A program made the translations under genes and the position numbers. 64,000 nt of DNA, from positions 44,516,001 through 44,580,000 of the forward strand of contig OX597819.1 of NCBI GenBank assembly GCA_951406725.2, written 5' to 3'. The notes beneath the pieces were generated by a model. It was not told the DNA's origin. It did not search any database and saw nothing but the letters and a program-made list of their open reading frames with translations. Shown piece after piece: positions 1-12,736 of the stretch. Numbering within the stretch: position 1 is the first letter of the stretch; each line of letters starts with the position of its first letter. The stretch comes from Octopus vulgaris. Taxonomy: Eukaryota.

Positions 1-424
1 CGCCGAAAAGGCGGTGACATGTGATTGACAGATATACTGACAGCAACCTGAAAACCCTGTGCAAGTAGATTTTTGTTTCTATTGGAAGGTGAGTACCACC
101 CCCTTAAGAACGAGACTACATAACTAATTTCCGTATGCAAAGATGCCAACAAATATGAAACGGGCTAATGTAACTGGCAGTTATTCTAAGTTCAGAAAAG
201 GATATTTGGAAATCTAAAAGTATTAAATTTCCGAGTTTAGTCAGTAATTTTGAAGGGTGGAAATTATTTGACACCTTCGGCATAAGTACTTTACAACCAC
301 TTTATTTCATCGTCCCCTGGTGGGGATGAAAGGCAAAGTCGATTTCGACATTATTTGAGTTTAGAACCTAAAGACCTAGAAGAAATGTCGCAAAATATTT
401 ATTCCAACTCTCTAATGAATTTTA

Positions 425-529
425 GATCGACCCCAGTACGGCGGGATTTGAACTCAGAACATAACGGCAGACGAAATACAGCTACGCATTTCGCCTGGCG
501 TGCTAACGTTTCTGCCAGCTCTCCGCCTT
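425..529 (-). mobile_element. tRNA-derived SINE family A, internally deleted copy
   Basis: Reverse complement reads GGCGGAGAGCTGGCAGAAACGTTAGCACGCCAGGCGAAATGCGTAGC...GTTCTGAGTTCAAATCCCGCC (A/B-box head), matching the copies at 18199, 47136 and 57297. An older copy lies at ~230-400. Confidence 0.8.
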
Positions 530-649
530 CGTAAGACCAATAAATCACGCCACACTGCTCAGTCTTGGGAAAAACGCAATATATATGTGTGTAGGTGTGA
601 CACAAAGTGAGGAGTATTACACTTTGAAAAAAATATCAGCGTTACAGTA

Positions 650-1680
650 TCCCCGTAGAAAGAAAGTGTTAAAAGTAATGGGATAGGATTATCAGAGAAG
701 GAAATCATAAAACAAGTGCATTTAAAGTGTTACAAATGCTCGGTATTTAGGAAGATGTAGAAAATTGTATACAAATACTTAAGAAACTGACATGAATGTT
801 CACAAAGAAGTATTTTAGATTAAAAATAATGATTAAATCTAAGATAAATGATAAAAATAAGAATCTTAGTATTAATATATGGTCCATATTTCTTTTGAAG
901 TAAAGGAAGAAATCCTAGAAGGGTGTTTTAGATCCGAAAACTTAAAAGCTATGAGTATATAAGGAATTATGGAATATTCCATTCCCTAAAGTAGTGTTAG
1001 TAAGATTTATATGCCATTTTTTTTTAAAGAGCGAGATGATTAATTAGTTGTGATGAAAATACTGTGGCAGGGTACATATCGAAGTAGGAGTGAAATGGTA
1101 AAGTCACCGGAGAGTCGGACGAACAGCCTTGTTTTATATGTTCTGTCGTTCTGCCTTCTGAGATCGAATCTCAGTGTGGAATTGCTTGAGCGTTGGACAG
1201 GGTCCCTTGGAATGTTTGTTTCGACTCTGCATTCTGAGTTCAAATCCTACTGACGGTTACAAAAAGAAAAAAATAAATGAGAAAAAAAAAATAATAATTA
1301 GCGGTGAAACATCTTTTGGGAGCTACAACCACTGAGAGATAGTATCAGAAACTGATGAAAAATGATTGGAAAAGTAGTTCAATGCTTTGATCGGAAATTC
1401 TACTCAGATACAAATACATAATGAATAATGTAAAATCCAGTGATGGAAAAGATTGGGAAAGTTGGAATTTTTAAAACTGAAAAATTCATCTGACCAAGTA
1501 GTTCTATGATATATCAGGTTAAAACATATCAAAAGAAGTTCCTAAATAGCCAATGGTCGACCAGATTGTGTAGGGTTGAACAAACAATATATATAACGAA
1601 AAAATATCAAAATATAGGATTTGAAAACAGATTTCTAACCACAGTTTAACGGAAATATGTTTAATGAAACTATATAAACC
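650..1680 (+). pseudogene. Highly degraded R4/Dong-like RT remnants
   Basis: Fragmentary translations such as SNGIGLSEKEIIKQV..YKC (cf. GIELP..I...YKYLG) and GRPDCVG (cf. APGPDGVQG). Many stops. Confidence 0.35.
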
Positions 1681-2039
1681 GTAAGACCAATAAATCATAC
1701 TAGACTGCTCAGTCTAGGGGAAAAACACAAGATGTCTGTATATATATATATATATATATATATGGCACCCAAAATAAACAGGGAATTTGACAATATATAT
1801 AAAATGGTAGACATATGATGTTGTTTGGCGCCAATTCAGTCCCTTAATCGAGCAGTGCTATGATTAAAGATATTTCAGCCGTGATTACCCTCTCTTTATA
1901 CATTCGTGTGTGTGTAGAATAACCAGTGTAAAATATTTGACTTACACTTTGACAGTATGGCAAATACTGTGACAAAAACTGTAATATAACTGGAGGAAGT
2001 GCAGCAGGTTTGCTAAGTAGAATAACTTAGAAGCAATAT

Positions 2040-2236
2040 AAGACACAAAGATATTATAGAGATTGTCCACAGAGAATTATGACTTGGGAAGAATAAATTG
2101 AAAAGGACAGATAAATAGTATGAACATCAACTTTCCAGTATATCTGACTCTAAAGACATTAAAATCTTTTGGGATTTCTTAATCCAATGACAATATAAGA
2201 CAGAAAGTAGAAAAACTAATATTCTTGTAATGAACA

Positions 2237-2294
<58 letters not shown>

Positions 2295-2660
2295 GAATAG
2301 GAAATGATTGGTATTGCAATATCTGTGGAGACTAGAATGGGATCAAAGAACAACACAACGTGAAGTAACAAATGAGAGATCACAAATATATGGAGACTAA
2401 AGAATATAAATGTAATACAAATAGTGATATAACCTCTTTGTTTAAGACTAGACAAATGGGTAACCGAAATGGGAATAAAAATTAGAACAGAACTCCTCCC
2501 AAAAGTACACGTTAAGTGTCAGCGAGACTACTAAAAAGTGTAGATTTAGCGCCGAATACAATAAATTATGCATATAAGGTTTAGAACCCAACATTAGTAG
2601 TTGTAATTGAATATGTATGTGTTGTTGGAACAGAGCCAATATCTAAGATTGAGTTTTAGC
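2040..2660 (+). pseudogene. Degraded R4/Dong-like RLE domain and 3' end, interrupted by (TAA)n at ~2238-2290
   Basis: The WDFLIQ...GIAISVE...EITNIWRLKNINVIQIVI pattern parallels LWDFPVHTD...IDMSIP...EIEKMWHLKAVTIPVIVG of the 40404-41090 ORF. Confidence 0.55.
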
Positions 2661-2729
2661 TCTGTATTCCACACACACGCACACACAGGAACTGAAAGGA
2701 AATGCCAATGCTAAAATATTTTATGATTT

Positions 2730-3850
2730 CTAATATTGGCGTATAACCAGGAATTTTGATGGAGAGGACAGTCGATTAATAAGACCCTAGTAATTAACTA
2801 ATACTTATTTTGCTGAGTTCCGAGCAATGCCAGGGTTTGGTGAAAAAAATTCTGGGGTTCTGTGAGATAAGATGTCTTTTAATAAAATTTAATGAAACTT
2901 TATTATGTAAAAATAGTATTCACTATTTTCAAAATAATGTTGTCATAAGTTTTTTCATTCTTCCTCTGAAGCTAATTATGTTTAATGAAGCTAATTTTGT
3001 TTAATAATAAAATAGCAAGGGTTGTCCGTAAGACATTTCGGTATGAGTTCCATAGTTTTTGAACAATCGTTTAGGGTACTGTGGCTGTTCTTAATTTTTT
3101 ATTTATTTTACCAGCTCCGAAAATATGAAAGGTAAAATTGGCCACGACGTGTTTGAATTCACAACGTAAAGAGCAGGAAACAAATATCACTAAGATTCTA
3201 ACAGCCACAGTTTCTATTATGATTATGGTTTCAAATTTTGGCTCAAGACTAGCAGTTTCGGGATAGGGGCCAAGTCGATTACATCGACCCCAGGGCTGTG
3301 CTTATTAACAGGTATTATCTTACTGACCCCAAAAGGATGAAGAGCAAAATCAACCTAGTGGAATTTGAACTCAGAGTGTAAGGGCGGACGAAATGCCGCT
3401 GAGAGTTTTACCCGGCGCGCTGACGATTCTACTGACACGCCGCTTTAATAATAACTATTATCAAGAAACAACATAATTTATACCAGTTGAGTAAACGTTA
3501 TTACAGTCTTGCGAATAATTTAACCAGTTTCTGCGTAAAGCTATCACATAACTAGTGTGTCAGTGTACAACCAGCCGTCACCCACAAATAACACCATGGG
3601 TTAAACTGGAATCATTACACTGACCTTTAATAGTGGTGGGGGATTGGCTGATTCGTTAGGACTAAGAACCCAATATCTTGCAGTACTTATTCCAGTGCTT
3701 TATATTCTAAGCTCAAATCTCATCGAGGTCAAATTTGCGTTTTATCACACCGAGTTCGGTAAAACGAAGTACTGACCAGGAATTTGAGTTTGTATAGATC
3801 TACTTACACTCACTCAAAAATTTCTGGTCTTATGCCTGTATCAGAAACAA
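2730..3850. mobile_element. Cluster of old SINE family A copies (minus ~2730-2830, 3060-3200, 3225-3445; plus ~3640-3850)
   Basis: Recurrent degenerate GTCGATTACATCGACCCCAG, GGATGAAAGG and ATTTGAACTCAG motifs. Confidence 0.7.
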
Positions 3851-4128
3851 TTTGATTAACCCTTCGCCATTTAGAAGCAGAAATTATAAATAATCTATTT
3901 TATTTCCCACATATATTCCTCTTCCTATAATGAACAAAGAATCAGTTTAGAATCGATTCATCCGATGTGTAAATTAGACATCAACAATTCAAGTACTCAT
4001 GTGTAAGGTATTTTGTGTTTGAAGTGAAATCGTCAGACTGGTAATAAAACAAGGTTCTTAAGCTAAAGGACAAATATTTAATTAAGGCAGCAAGTTAAAC
4101 GGATGAAACTCTAGGTGCATTTTAGACA

Positions 4129-4166
<38 letters not shown>

Positions 4167-4678
4167 CACATACAAACAGCTACACACACAAATTGGCACA
4201 AGCACACACACACACAAACATGAACATACAAACCCAGATATACTGAGACACATCACAGACATTCATGAATATTTTAAGCAATACTATGGTTAACAAATGT
4301 TTAGAAACGGTGCAGTGATAATTTTTTTACCAACTCGTGGAATAAACATTTCAAGCTGATTGGTCAGGGCATTATTAGTTTTCAAAATGACAGGAATGTG
4401 TTGGAGGTAAAAACGATTGACCGTAACGGAAAAGAAAACAAATAAATAAATAAAACATTAAAGGCGGGTCGAAATTGAATTGAAAACCGAATAATATAAT
4501 ATAATTCATTGTATACACAAAAATAGGCACATAAGAACAGCGAAAGACAAAAAAAGAAACAAAAGCCCTTTTTAAAATCAAGACTAAGAAAACTATGTTG
4601 ATGAAATTAAAATCTGAAACAGAAGTGGATAAGTATCAGGAAAAACAAATAAGATAGATACATAAAATTATACATACA

Positions 4679-4756
<78 letters not shown>

Positions 4757-4758
<2 letters not shown>

Positions 4759-5185
4759 ATCTTTTCGGTTTGAACGGCAGTTTTTTCTAGCGGTGTCATA
4801 TGAAATTGTCACCCATAATTATGACCCTAGTATCGATCTATTGCATTTCAATCTGTTTTAGGGTTAGGGTTGATTAGGGTTAGGGGTGGGGGGAAGATTT
4901 ATCTTTTTTTTCTTCACAAATGTAAATAAACCCAATCTGTTTCTTAAACGAGGGACATATTCATACGGCACAGAATGTTTTTTTTTTAACTCAATGGACG
5001 TCATCAATTGGTTGAAATTGCAGAAATTGAAGAAAACAGCAAATATCTTACAAACTATAGAATTTTCTCAATAAAGCCAAGAGAAAAAGATGTTTTATAA
5101 ACACATTCTACCAGTATACGAAGTTAAAAATGTTTTAATTACCTAGAAATTATGTTAAAAACTGCCGTTCAAACCGAAAAGATCC
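4757..5185. mobile_element. MITE (non-autonomous DNA transposon) with 28-bp TIRs, inserted in (TA)n, with internal TTAGGG repeats
   Basis: GATCTTTTCGGTTTGAACGGCAGTTTTT (4758-4785) and its exact reverse complement (5157-5184). (TA)n on both flanks. TTAGGG units at ~4858-4885. Confidence 0.9.
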
Positions 5186-5364
5186 TATATATATATATAT
5201 ATATATATATAAGCTGACTACAAGGAGGGTAACTTTAGGTATAGAAGTTAAAAAGAAGGGGTTGGGAGCAAGATAGAAGAAAAAGAGAAAAGTGAAGTAA
5301 AAGAAAAAAACAAAGAAAAGTATACCTATTTCCACGGATATCGATGATTTATATGATTTGGTTC

Positions 5365-6435
5365 TTAAGAAGGTGTCGAGTTGGTTGCAGCAGATAAAAA
5401 GCGCTTAGCGGCATTTTTTGCGGTTCTTTTTTTCTGCCAAGATCGACTTTGCCTTTTTTTATTCTTTCGGGATAGATTAAGTAAGAACCAGTCAGGTACT
5501 GGGGTTGATGTAATCGACTTGTCACTTTCTAAAAAGTTCCAGGCCTTGTTCATGTAGTAGAAAGGATTATTCAGGTTTCAATGCTAATGTTTTCCCGTTT
5601 CGTTCAATCGTTTTATATCCAATATGATTTCTGTTATCTTGAGTAGTAATAAAAAGTCATCCATCCAGATATGTTTCTTTGAGGTCAGCTTTGCATTTCA
5701 ACGTTTTTGGGGTTGATAACATAAATTTCCAGCCCAGTATTAGAGTTGATGGTATCGATTACCTCCTAATCAAAAGTTGCTAACCTTATGCCTGAATCAG
5801 AAACCGATAAGGTGGTGTTCTGACAGAATTGGTAAAGTGTCGGAAAAATTGCTTTGCAGGATTTTCCCGGTTCTTTACATTCTGAGTTCAAATAGCGTCG
5901 ATATCATCTCTGCCTGTCATCATTTTGGGGTCGATAACATAGAGTACCAGTCAAGTGCTAGGGTCGCTGTGGTTGACTAAGCCCCCACCCCCTAAATTGC
6001 TGACCTTGTGTCAAAACTGAAAACGGTATTATGATTATTAGCAAGCGCGTCGAACAAAATGCTTAGCGGAATTTCCTCCTGCTCATTTCATTCCCTCGAG
6101 GTCAACTTGTTTTTTTAATTTTTCAGGGCGTGTAAATTAAGTACAAGTTGGGCACTAGGGACGATGTAATTGGCTTACCCCAATCCTAAAGATGCTGGCC
6201 TTCTGCCAAATTTTAGGAAAAACTAAAAAGAAAAGGAGAGCTGGCAGAATGGTTAACGCGTCAGACAATATCCTAGACGGTAATTGACCCATTAATTCCT
6301 GGGTTCTAATACTGCCGAGGTCGAGTTTGCCTTTCCTCTTTCCGAAGTCGATAAATTAAGTACCGATCAAATGCTCCTAATCAACTTGCCCTTCCCCTTC
6401 AAAATTGCTGAGCTTGTGCCGAAATTAGAAGTAAT
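5365..6435 (+). mobile_element. Head-to-tail cluster of about 5 degraded SINE family A copies
   Basis: Repeated GTCGAnTTTGCCTTT...GGGGTCGATAA...GTACCAG...AAATTGCTG..CTTGTGCC blocks. Confidence 0.7.
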
Positions 6436-6924
6436 AATTATTATCAATAATTATTAATATTATTAATTTCATCACGTTCAGATCGGGAAGGCGGAAGCCA
6501 GATAATATTGGTGAGAATTGAACGCAAGACCTCATATGTCATCAAGACACAAAACTGTATATAACACCCAACGTAGATCTATTACATTTCCCTTGTTTTA
6601 ATGTTCAGTGCCATATGGTTATGTTTCCTACGCCTTACCAAAAGGTTTTACTTCCTTAAATAAATTTAAACGTGGAAAAACAACGGTAACAAGAAAAACA
6701 GAAAGAAACTATTTTATTGACAACAAAACTACATAAAAAAAAAGGAGAAAAAAATTTGTAATGCCAGTTGTTGAAATTGTATTCCTTGATGTGGGTTTTC
6801 TTTCCTCTTTGATCTTATGTCGGTGCCGATAAGATGAAAGGAAAAAGCGACGCCCCTTTAAAGCATAAATGGTGAAACGTATCCTACAATATTAATACTC
6901 TAAAAATCTCAAAAATAGTATTTG

Positions 6925-7070
6925 AGCATGTATATGGGAATATATATGTATTTGTACATTTATATAGATGTGTGTGTGCGCGTATGTCTGAGAATGTTTG
7001 TGTGTATGAATGTGTGTATATGTATGTACGTATGTATGTATATATGTATGTATATAAGTATGCGTGCGTG

Positions 7071-7109
<39 letters not shown>

Positions 7110-7226
7110 ATACATATATATATATATACAGGCACCCACACATGCAAACGTATACATATATCGATGTCTACATACGCACACAAACATTTACACACGCACA
7201 CATACGCACATATCTATTTAGATGCT

Positions 7227-7299
<73 letters not shown>

Positions 7300-7645
7300 T
7301 TACATATATGCATACGTACCTACATTTATATATGAAAAAGATACAAGAAGACATACATGATCGCCTTTGCACAAGCATTCACACATGCATACATAAGTAC
7401 AGACATATATAATACATATACATACATGTATGCATACACACATACATGCATGCATACACACCCATACATACATACATACATACATACATACATACATACA
7501 TACATACATACATACATACATACATACGTAAGTAGTTTCTATTTACTCATAGAGCCGCTGAGCACTCTCAGTAAGTAACTGACTCGGTTAAATGAATTCA
7601 TGTAACTGTGGGTTTCATTCATTCATTCATTCATTCATTCATTCC
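6925..7645. repeat. Compound microsatellite (TATG/TCTA/TA/TACA/TTCA)
   Basis: Directly visible tandem repeats. Confidence 0.95.
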
Positions 7646-7875
7646 AAGTTACTACATAAGTAACTCGCACATATTTTGAGCTTTCTAAGTGAATATATTT
7701 CCCCAGTGGAGCACTTTCGAAGTACTTTTATTCTCTCTATGAAACAGGTAGTTCGGTTGCGCATAGACGCCCTCGCTTCTTACTCCTTGTCCTTCCGGTC
7801 GAATATTATTTATACTTTCGTATCCAACTGCTGTTTTTAAAAGAAGTCACGGTGACCTGTATTTTTCTACATTTG

Positions 7876-7912
7876 CTGAAGAAGAGAGTGCTCACAGAAA
7901 CATATGGACATC
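7876..7912 (+). ncRNA. Degenerate hammerhead-like motif, probably in a PLE remnant (~7550-8050)
   Basis: CTGAAGA-AGAGAGTGCTCACA-GAAAC-ATAT-GGA. Core boxes are present but the stems are eroded. Confidence 0.35.
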
Positions 7913-8345
7913 CCGGTATCCTATCACAAGGTAAATATATGCATATTTTCGTGTATTTATGTTAGATTGTTTCCGTCTATTTATTTCACTCATTGGTCAT
8001 GACTCCAACTCGATACATGGGGCCCATGAGGCCCATGTGAGTCAAGTTACCACACATTTAAATGCATGTGTATCTTGAGATGTGTGGCGTATTTTTGCTT
8101 TGTTGTTGTGCGAATTGGTTTATTTTTCTATTGGTCTTTACTTATGTTTATATTCAAATAATAAAAAGCTTATATATATCTATAGATACGTGGTTAAGAA
8201 ATTCCTTTCGCAACCACGTCATTTTGGGATCGATTCAAATGTACTACAGTTTTGCAATGTGAATGGACCTTTGTAGAAAAAAGATTATGGTCATGTGTGT
8301 GTGTGTGTGTGTATGTTAATATATAAATATAAGTATTAAGCTATA

Positions 8346-8918
8346 TTGATGGTGTCCCAAATGTAACTGATGGGTTTCAATTTTTAATAACTTCCTTAAC
8401 TTTAGAAATATTTGCAACATCCCTACATCACATATGGAAAATGACATCGTTTAAATGGCAGCCATTTTCGACTTCGCATGCCCGTGCTCTTTCCAAAACT
8501 TGCACCATAACACTCTCAAGAGTTTCAGACACCGCTTCTCTGATTTCTCTATTGATGTTCTCCTTCAGCTGCACCAGGGTCTCCGGTTTGTTGACGTAAA
8601 CCTTCTCTTTCAGGTATCCCCACAAGAAGAATCCGGGCTTGTCAAGTCTAGGGAACGTGAAGGCCAGTTGATTTTGCTGTAGCGGGAGATAATTCTCTCT
8701 CCGAGGCACTACCGTAGTAACTGCCTTAGTTCACTTGCGGTATGAGCAGTTGCCCCGTCTTGCTGGAACCATGAGTGGGGTCTAGTTTGAAAGGCCTTCA
8801 CGTTCCCCAGACTTGACCAGCTTATATTTTTTCTTGTGGGGATACCTGAAAGAGAGGGTTTACGTCAACGAACCGGAGACTATGGTGAAACCGAAGGAGA
8901 ACATCAATAGAGAAATCA
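8346..8918 (-). mobile_element. Tc1/mariner rosa-like (DD41D) transposase remnant with an internal inverted duplication
   Basis: Minus-strand translation WFQQDGATAHTASELRQLLR*CLGERIISRYSKINWPSRSLDLTSPD/FFLWGYLKEKVYVNKPET, with 41 residues between the 2nd and 3rd catalytic D. One stop and one frameshift. 8793-8918 is an inverted copy of 8541-8665. Confidence 0.85.
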
Positions 8919-8919
8919 T

Positions 8920-9075
8920 ATACGACGGGCTTGTTTCAGTTCGCGTCAACCAAACCCTTGGTTGCCTCTAGGCTATAGTGAAAGACACCTGGCCAAGGTG
9001 ACATGCAGAGGGGCTGAACAGGGAACCATATGGTTAGGTAGCAAGCTTCATACCTCATAGCCATGCCTGCACCTA
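8920..9075 (-). mobile_element. SINE family B, 5' part
   Basis: Matches the head of the 21712-22128 copy (GTGGCTGTGTGGTAAG...CCTTGGGCAAGTGTCTT...GAAACTGAAAGAAGCCCGTCG). Confidence 0.8.
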
Positions 9076-9539
9076 TATATATATATATGTAGTGATTTCT
9101 TGTTTTCGTGAATGACTGATCTGCAATTTCTCACTGAATCACCTGCACAAATGAATTGTTTATAGTGATCAAATATTTGTGCTACACATTAGCCCACTCT
9201 TTTCCATCAAATCTACAACACCTTAACTGGTGCACATTATGCCAAATGTGTGATGCCGAAGTGAACGTTGAGGAACATAAGTTTGCTTATGAACACAATG
9301 CAACACCTGTTCTATGAATCGAACCCAAAGTTTCGTGGCAGTATGTGTCACACCATTTACCGCTCGACCACGTTTTCTCACGCGCGCACATGCATAATCT
9401 GCTATTTATGGTTATAATGGTACCTTTCGGTATAGAGGTAAGTTGTCTTCAAATCAACATAGTACTCAACATACTTGAGGGCCGTTACGATATCTTATAT
9501 CAAAACTTAGAAATTGCGAGATGCTTCATCCAGGGCAAA

Positions 9540-9544
<5 letters not shown>

Positions 9545-9609
<65 letters not shown>

Positions 9610-9628
9610 GTATGTATATGTATGTATG

Positions 9629-9660
<32 letters not shown>

Positions 9661-9766
9661 TGTATATATATATATGTATGTATGTATATGTATGTATGTA
9701 TGTATGTATGTATATATATATATATGTATGTATTCATGTATGTATATATATATGTATGTGTGTATG

Positions 9767-9797
<31 letters not shown>

Positions 9798-9862
9798 ACG
9801 TATGTATGTATATATATATATATATGTATGTATATATATATATATATACATATATATGTATG

Positions 9863-9893
<31 letters not shown>

Positions 9894-10258
9894 GTATATA
9901 CATATATATATATGTATGTATATACATGTATATGTATGTATGTATATATATTTATATATATGTATGTATGTACGTATATATATTTATATATATGTATGTA
10001 TATACATATATATATGTATGTATATACATATATGTGTATAGACATATATATATATATGCATCTATATGTGTATATACATATATATGTGTATATACACAGA
10101 TATATGTATATGTATATCTATATATATATTCATATATATACATACACATATATAGTATATATATATATGTATATATACACATATATATATATGTTAATAT
10201 TTATAATTATTTATATACTTATATATATATATATATTACACACATACACATACATATA
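9545..10258. repeat. (TA)n/(TATG)n compound microsatellite
   Basis: Directly visible. Source of the spurious YI-rich ORFs. Confidence 0.97.
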
Positions 10259-10494
10259 AACACATTGTGCACATCGCCTTTTACATTAACCAAGTCATCC
10301 GCTAGTGAGAAGGCATTGTACGTTTCCTGTGTGAAACTCCGAGTCGCTCTTGTGATGACTCAATTGCGCTTACAAGTTATACTCTAGTACCCCTCCTAAT
10401 GAAAGTTTCTTCTGTTTGTATGCACCAATGTGCATTCATCCATTATTTGCGTTCGTACTGAGTGTAAATATATTTCTGCGTATGTATATGTGTA

Positions 10495-10583
<89 letters not shown>

Positions 10584-11081
10584 ATGTCTTATGTATACAG
10601 ATAAGCCAGACGCACACACACCTTTTTTGTCAATATGTAAGAGAAACAAACTATAAAATTTAAAGAGCAGAAATTGAAAATGTGAACGCACTTGATGAAC
10701 TTGCACCGTCAAAAGAAATGTGACTGAAGACAGAAGGAAAATATGCACCGAAGTCAGACACTGAACACTCCTTACCAGATGGCTTGAGAAGAAGGAAAGG
10801 TAGACAGAGGGAAACAGTGTTTAAAGTTAAATAAAGGCACAGAACACGCACAGACATGTATAGATATACACACGCTTCTGCACACACGTCTACACACACT
10901 ACTACACACCCATACAATCTTTCTGCTTTCTAGCACACTTGAATTCAGATGCACTTACGCGTATTCGTGTGCACAAGCATGCACACATATCACAAATGCT
11001 CGCAAATGAAACGCATGTGAGCAATAAACATACATATAGAAAAGAAAAAAATATGACCGTCTAATAGTTTTTATATGTTTA

Positions 11082-11188
<107 letters not shown>

Positions 11189-11267
11189 GTCTGTCTATCT
11201 ATGCATCTGTCTATCTATCTATTTATATATTTATCTATCTACACACACACCATCATTCTTTTACTGA

Positions 11268-11342
11268 TTTAAGCTGAGAGTTCTAGCCATGCTGAGTCAC
11301 TGCCATTTGTGTGATGGTTGATATATTTGAAACTCATTTCCA

Positions 11343-11381
<39 letters not shown>

Positions 11382-11845
11382 CCTGGATTTGATTCTGATG
11401 ATGAAGTGAACTGAACACACCTGCTCTTCTTTGCGTTTCTTGAAAACATCCACAACTACGTTTCTGAATTGTGAACTTTTGAATCCTAAGCTTTTATTCT
11501 AGATCAATGGTTCTCAACCAGGGTCTACATGGCCCTTGGGGGTCCATAGAAGATTTTATTGTCAAAATTTAGATGCAATAAACTAGTTATATTTCTACAA
11601 TACATAAAATATTAATACATTTTAAATACAATTCTTGATAATATTCAATCATAAAAATATAGATTTTAGACATCAAATGGCTATGAGAGTCCCACACCTC
11701 GAGTTAAAATAGAAATCAAAGGGGTCCATATACAAAAAATGGCTGAGAACCACTGCTCTAGATGGAGAGGGCAGGGTCTTTGGTAATATACAGTGATGTC
11801 TAGTTCATGGGGTTGGTATAGATTTCAGTTCTAAAGTTAGATACC
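11268..11845 (-). mobile_element. Old CR1-type LINE 3' fragment, interrupted by (CT)n and a hAT MITE
   Basis: Minus strand encodes KILEGLVSNF (cf. KILEGRVPNF at ~34020). Degenerate tail GGCAGTGACTCAGCATGGCTAG near 11280-11305. Confidence 0.65.
11505..11755. mobile_element. hAT/Charlie-type MITE with 8-bp TSD
   Basis: TIRs CAATGGTTCTCAACC / GGCTGAGAACCACTG. Flanks TTCTAGAT (11497-11504) and CTCTAGAT (11756-11763) fit the NTCTAGAN Charlie target. Confidence 0.9.
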
Positions 11846-12013
11846 AGACCTTCCAGGATCTTACAAACACACACGCACGCACGCACACATACATACGCAT
11901 ATCATTGCATACATTTTGTGTTTCCTTCTAGGGATAGATCCTCAACTCTTTAAGCCACTCCCAATGGCTCATTCGTTGCACCGAGGTCAAAACACCAGCC
12001 ACTTCAGTAGCTA

Positions 12014-12062
12014 CTGATGAGCTCCAGTTCTTCGCGCACTGGCGTTAAACTCTTTCGAGCTC
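12014..12062 (+). ncRNA. Degenerate hammerhead-like motif
   Basis: CTGATGA-G-CTCCAGT-loop-ACTGG-CG-TTAAA(for GAAA)-CTC-TTTC-GAG. Stems II and III are visible but the GAAA box is mutated. Confidence 0.4.
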
Positions 12063-12129
12063 GGTTTTTAGCTTGATACCTTCTGGTGTCCATCACAGTA
12101 GTCCAGTCCAAGCCACTGAGTAAGAACAG

Positions 12130-12525
12130 TTACTGTTGCTTTAACACGGTTTCCTTTTTTTCTTGTTCTGAATGATCTCAAAAATCCCAAAGCCAAGTCG
12201 ACTGCACATTGTTGCCATCATAGCAATATGCACATAAAATGATGTGCCATTGCTCACGTGGATTCCAAGATAACATGTCGGTTGCATTACTCTCTGATCC
12301 TGTGAATCCTGATTGCAATTTGTTTAAGGCTGATTACTTGAAATTTCTCAGCAATGAACTGCTTGTTATTTTCTTCATCCAACTTCTATGTTGCGTTTAG
12401 GTCTTTCTTTAAATTTGGTTTCATCATCAGAGTCCTTAAAGACTCGTGAAACCTTTGTATCGTCAGCATATCCGGTGGGACTGGCTGAGCATATTACTGA
12501 GGCTATGTCTGTGAAAGGTATCACG
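12130..12525 (-). pseudogene. CR1/L2-type RT fragment
   Basis: DIASVICSASPTGYADDTKVSR (RT catalytic YADD). Confidence 0.7.
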
Positions 12526-12736
12526 AAATGTATAGTTCTTTGTGTCGGACTCCGTTTAGAATTCATATTTTCTCAGTTTTTCCAACGATATCACGATTAC
12601 ACTGTTTGCAGCAAAACAAAACAAAACAAAAACACACAAAACTAACAAACAAACAAAAAACACGAAAGGACGTGATAAACATTATGAAGAGGTTTAGTAA
12701 ATTGAGACATGTTACATCCCCCCCACACAAACATAT

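Noticed and set aside
531-1735. ~50-bp diverged direct repeat (531-578 and 1681-1730, GTAAGACCAATAAATCA...ACTGCTCAGTCT)
   Set aside because: Real but short and within decayed retroelement sequence. Probably two fragments of the same old element, and no function can be supported.
4857-4890. TTAGGG repeats as a telomere or fusion scar
   Set aside because: Only about four units, and they are internal to a TIR element.
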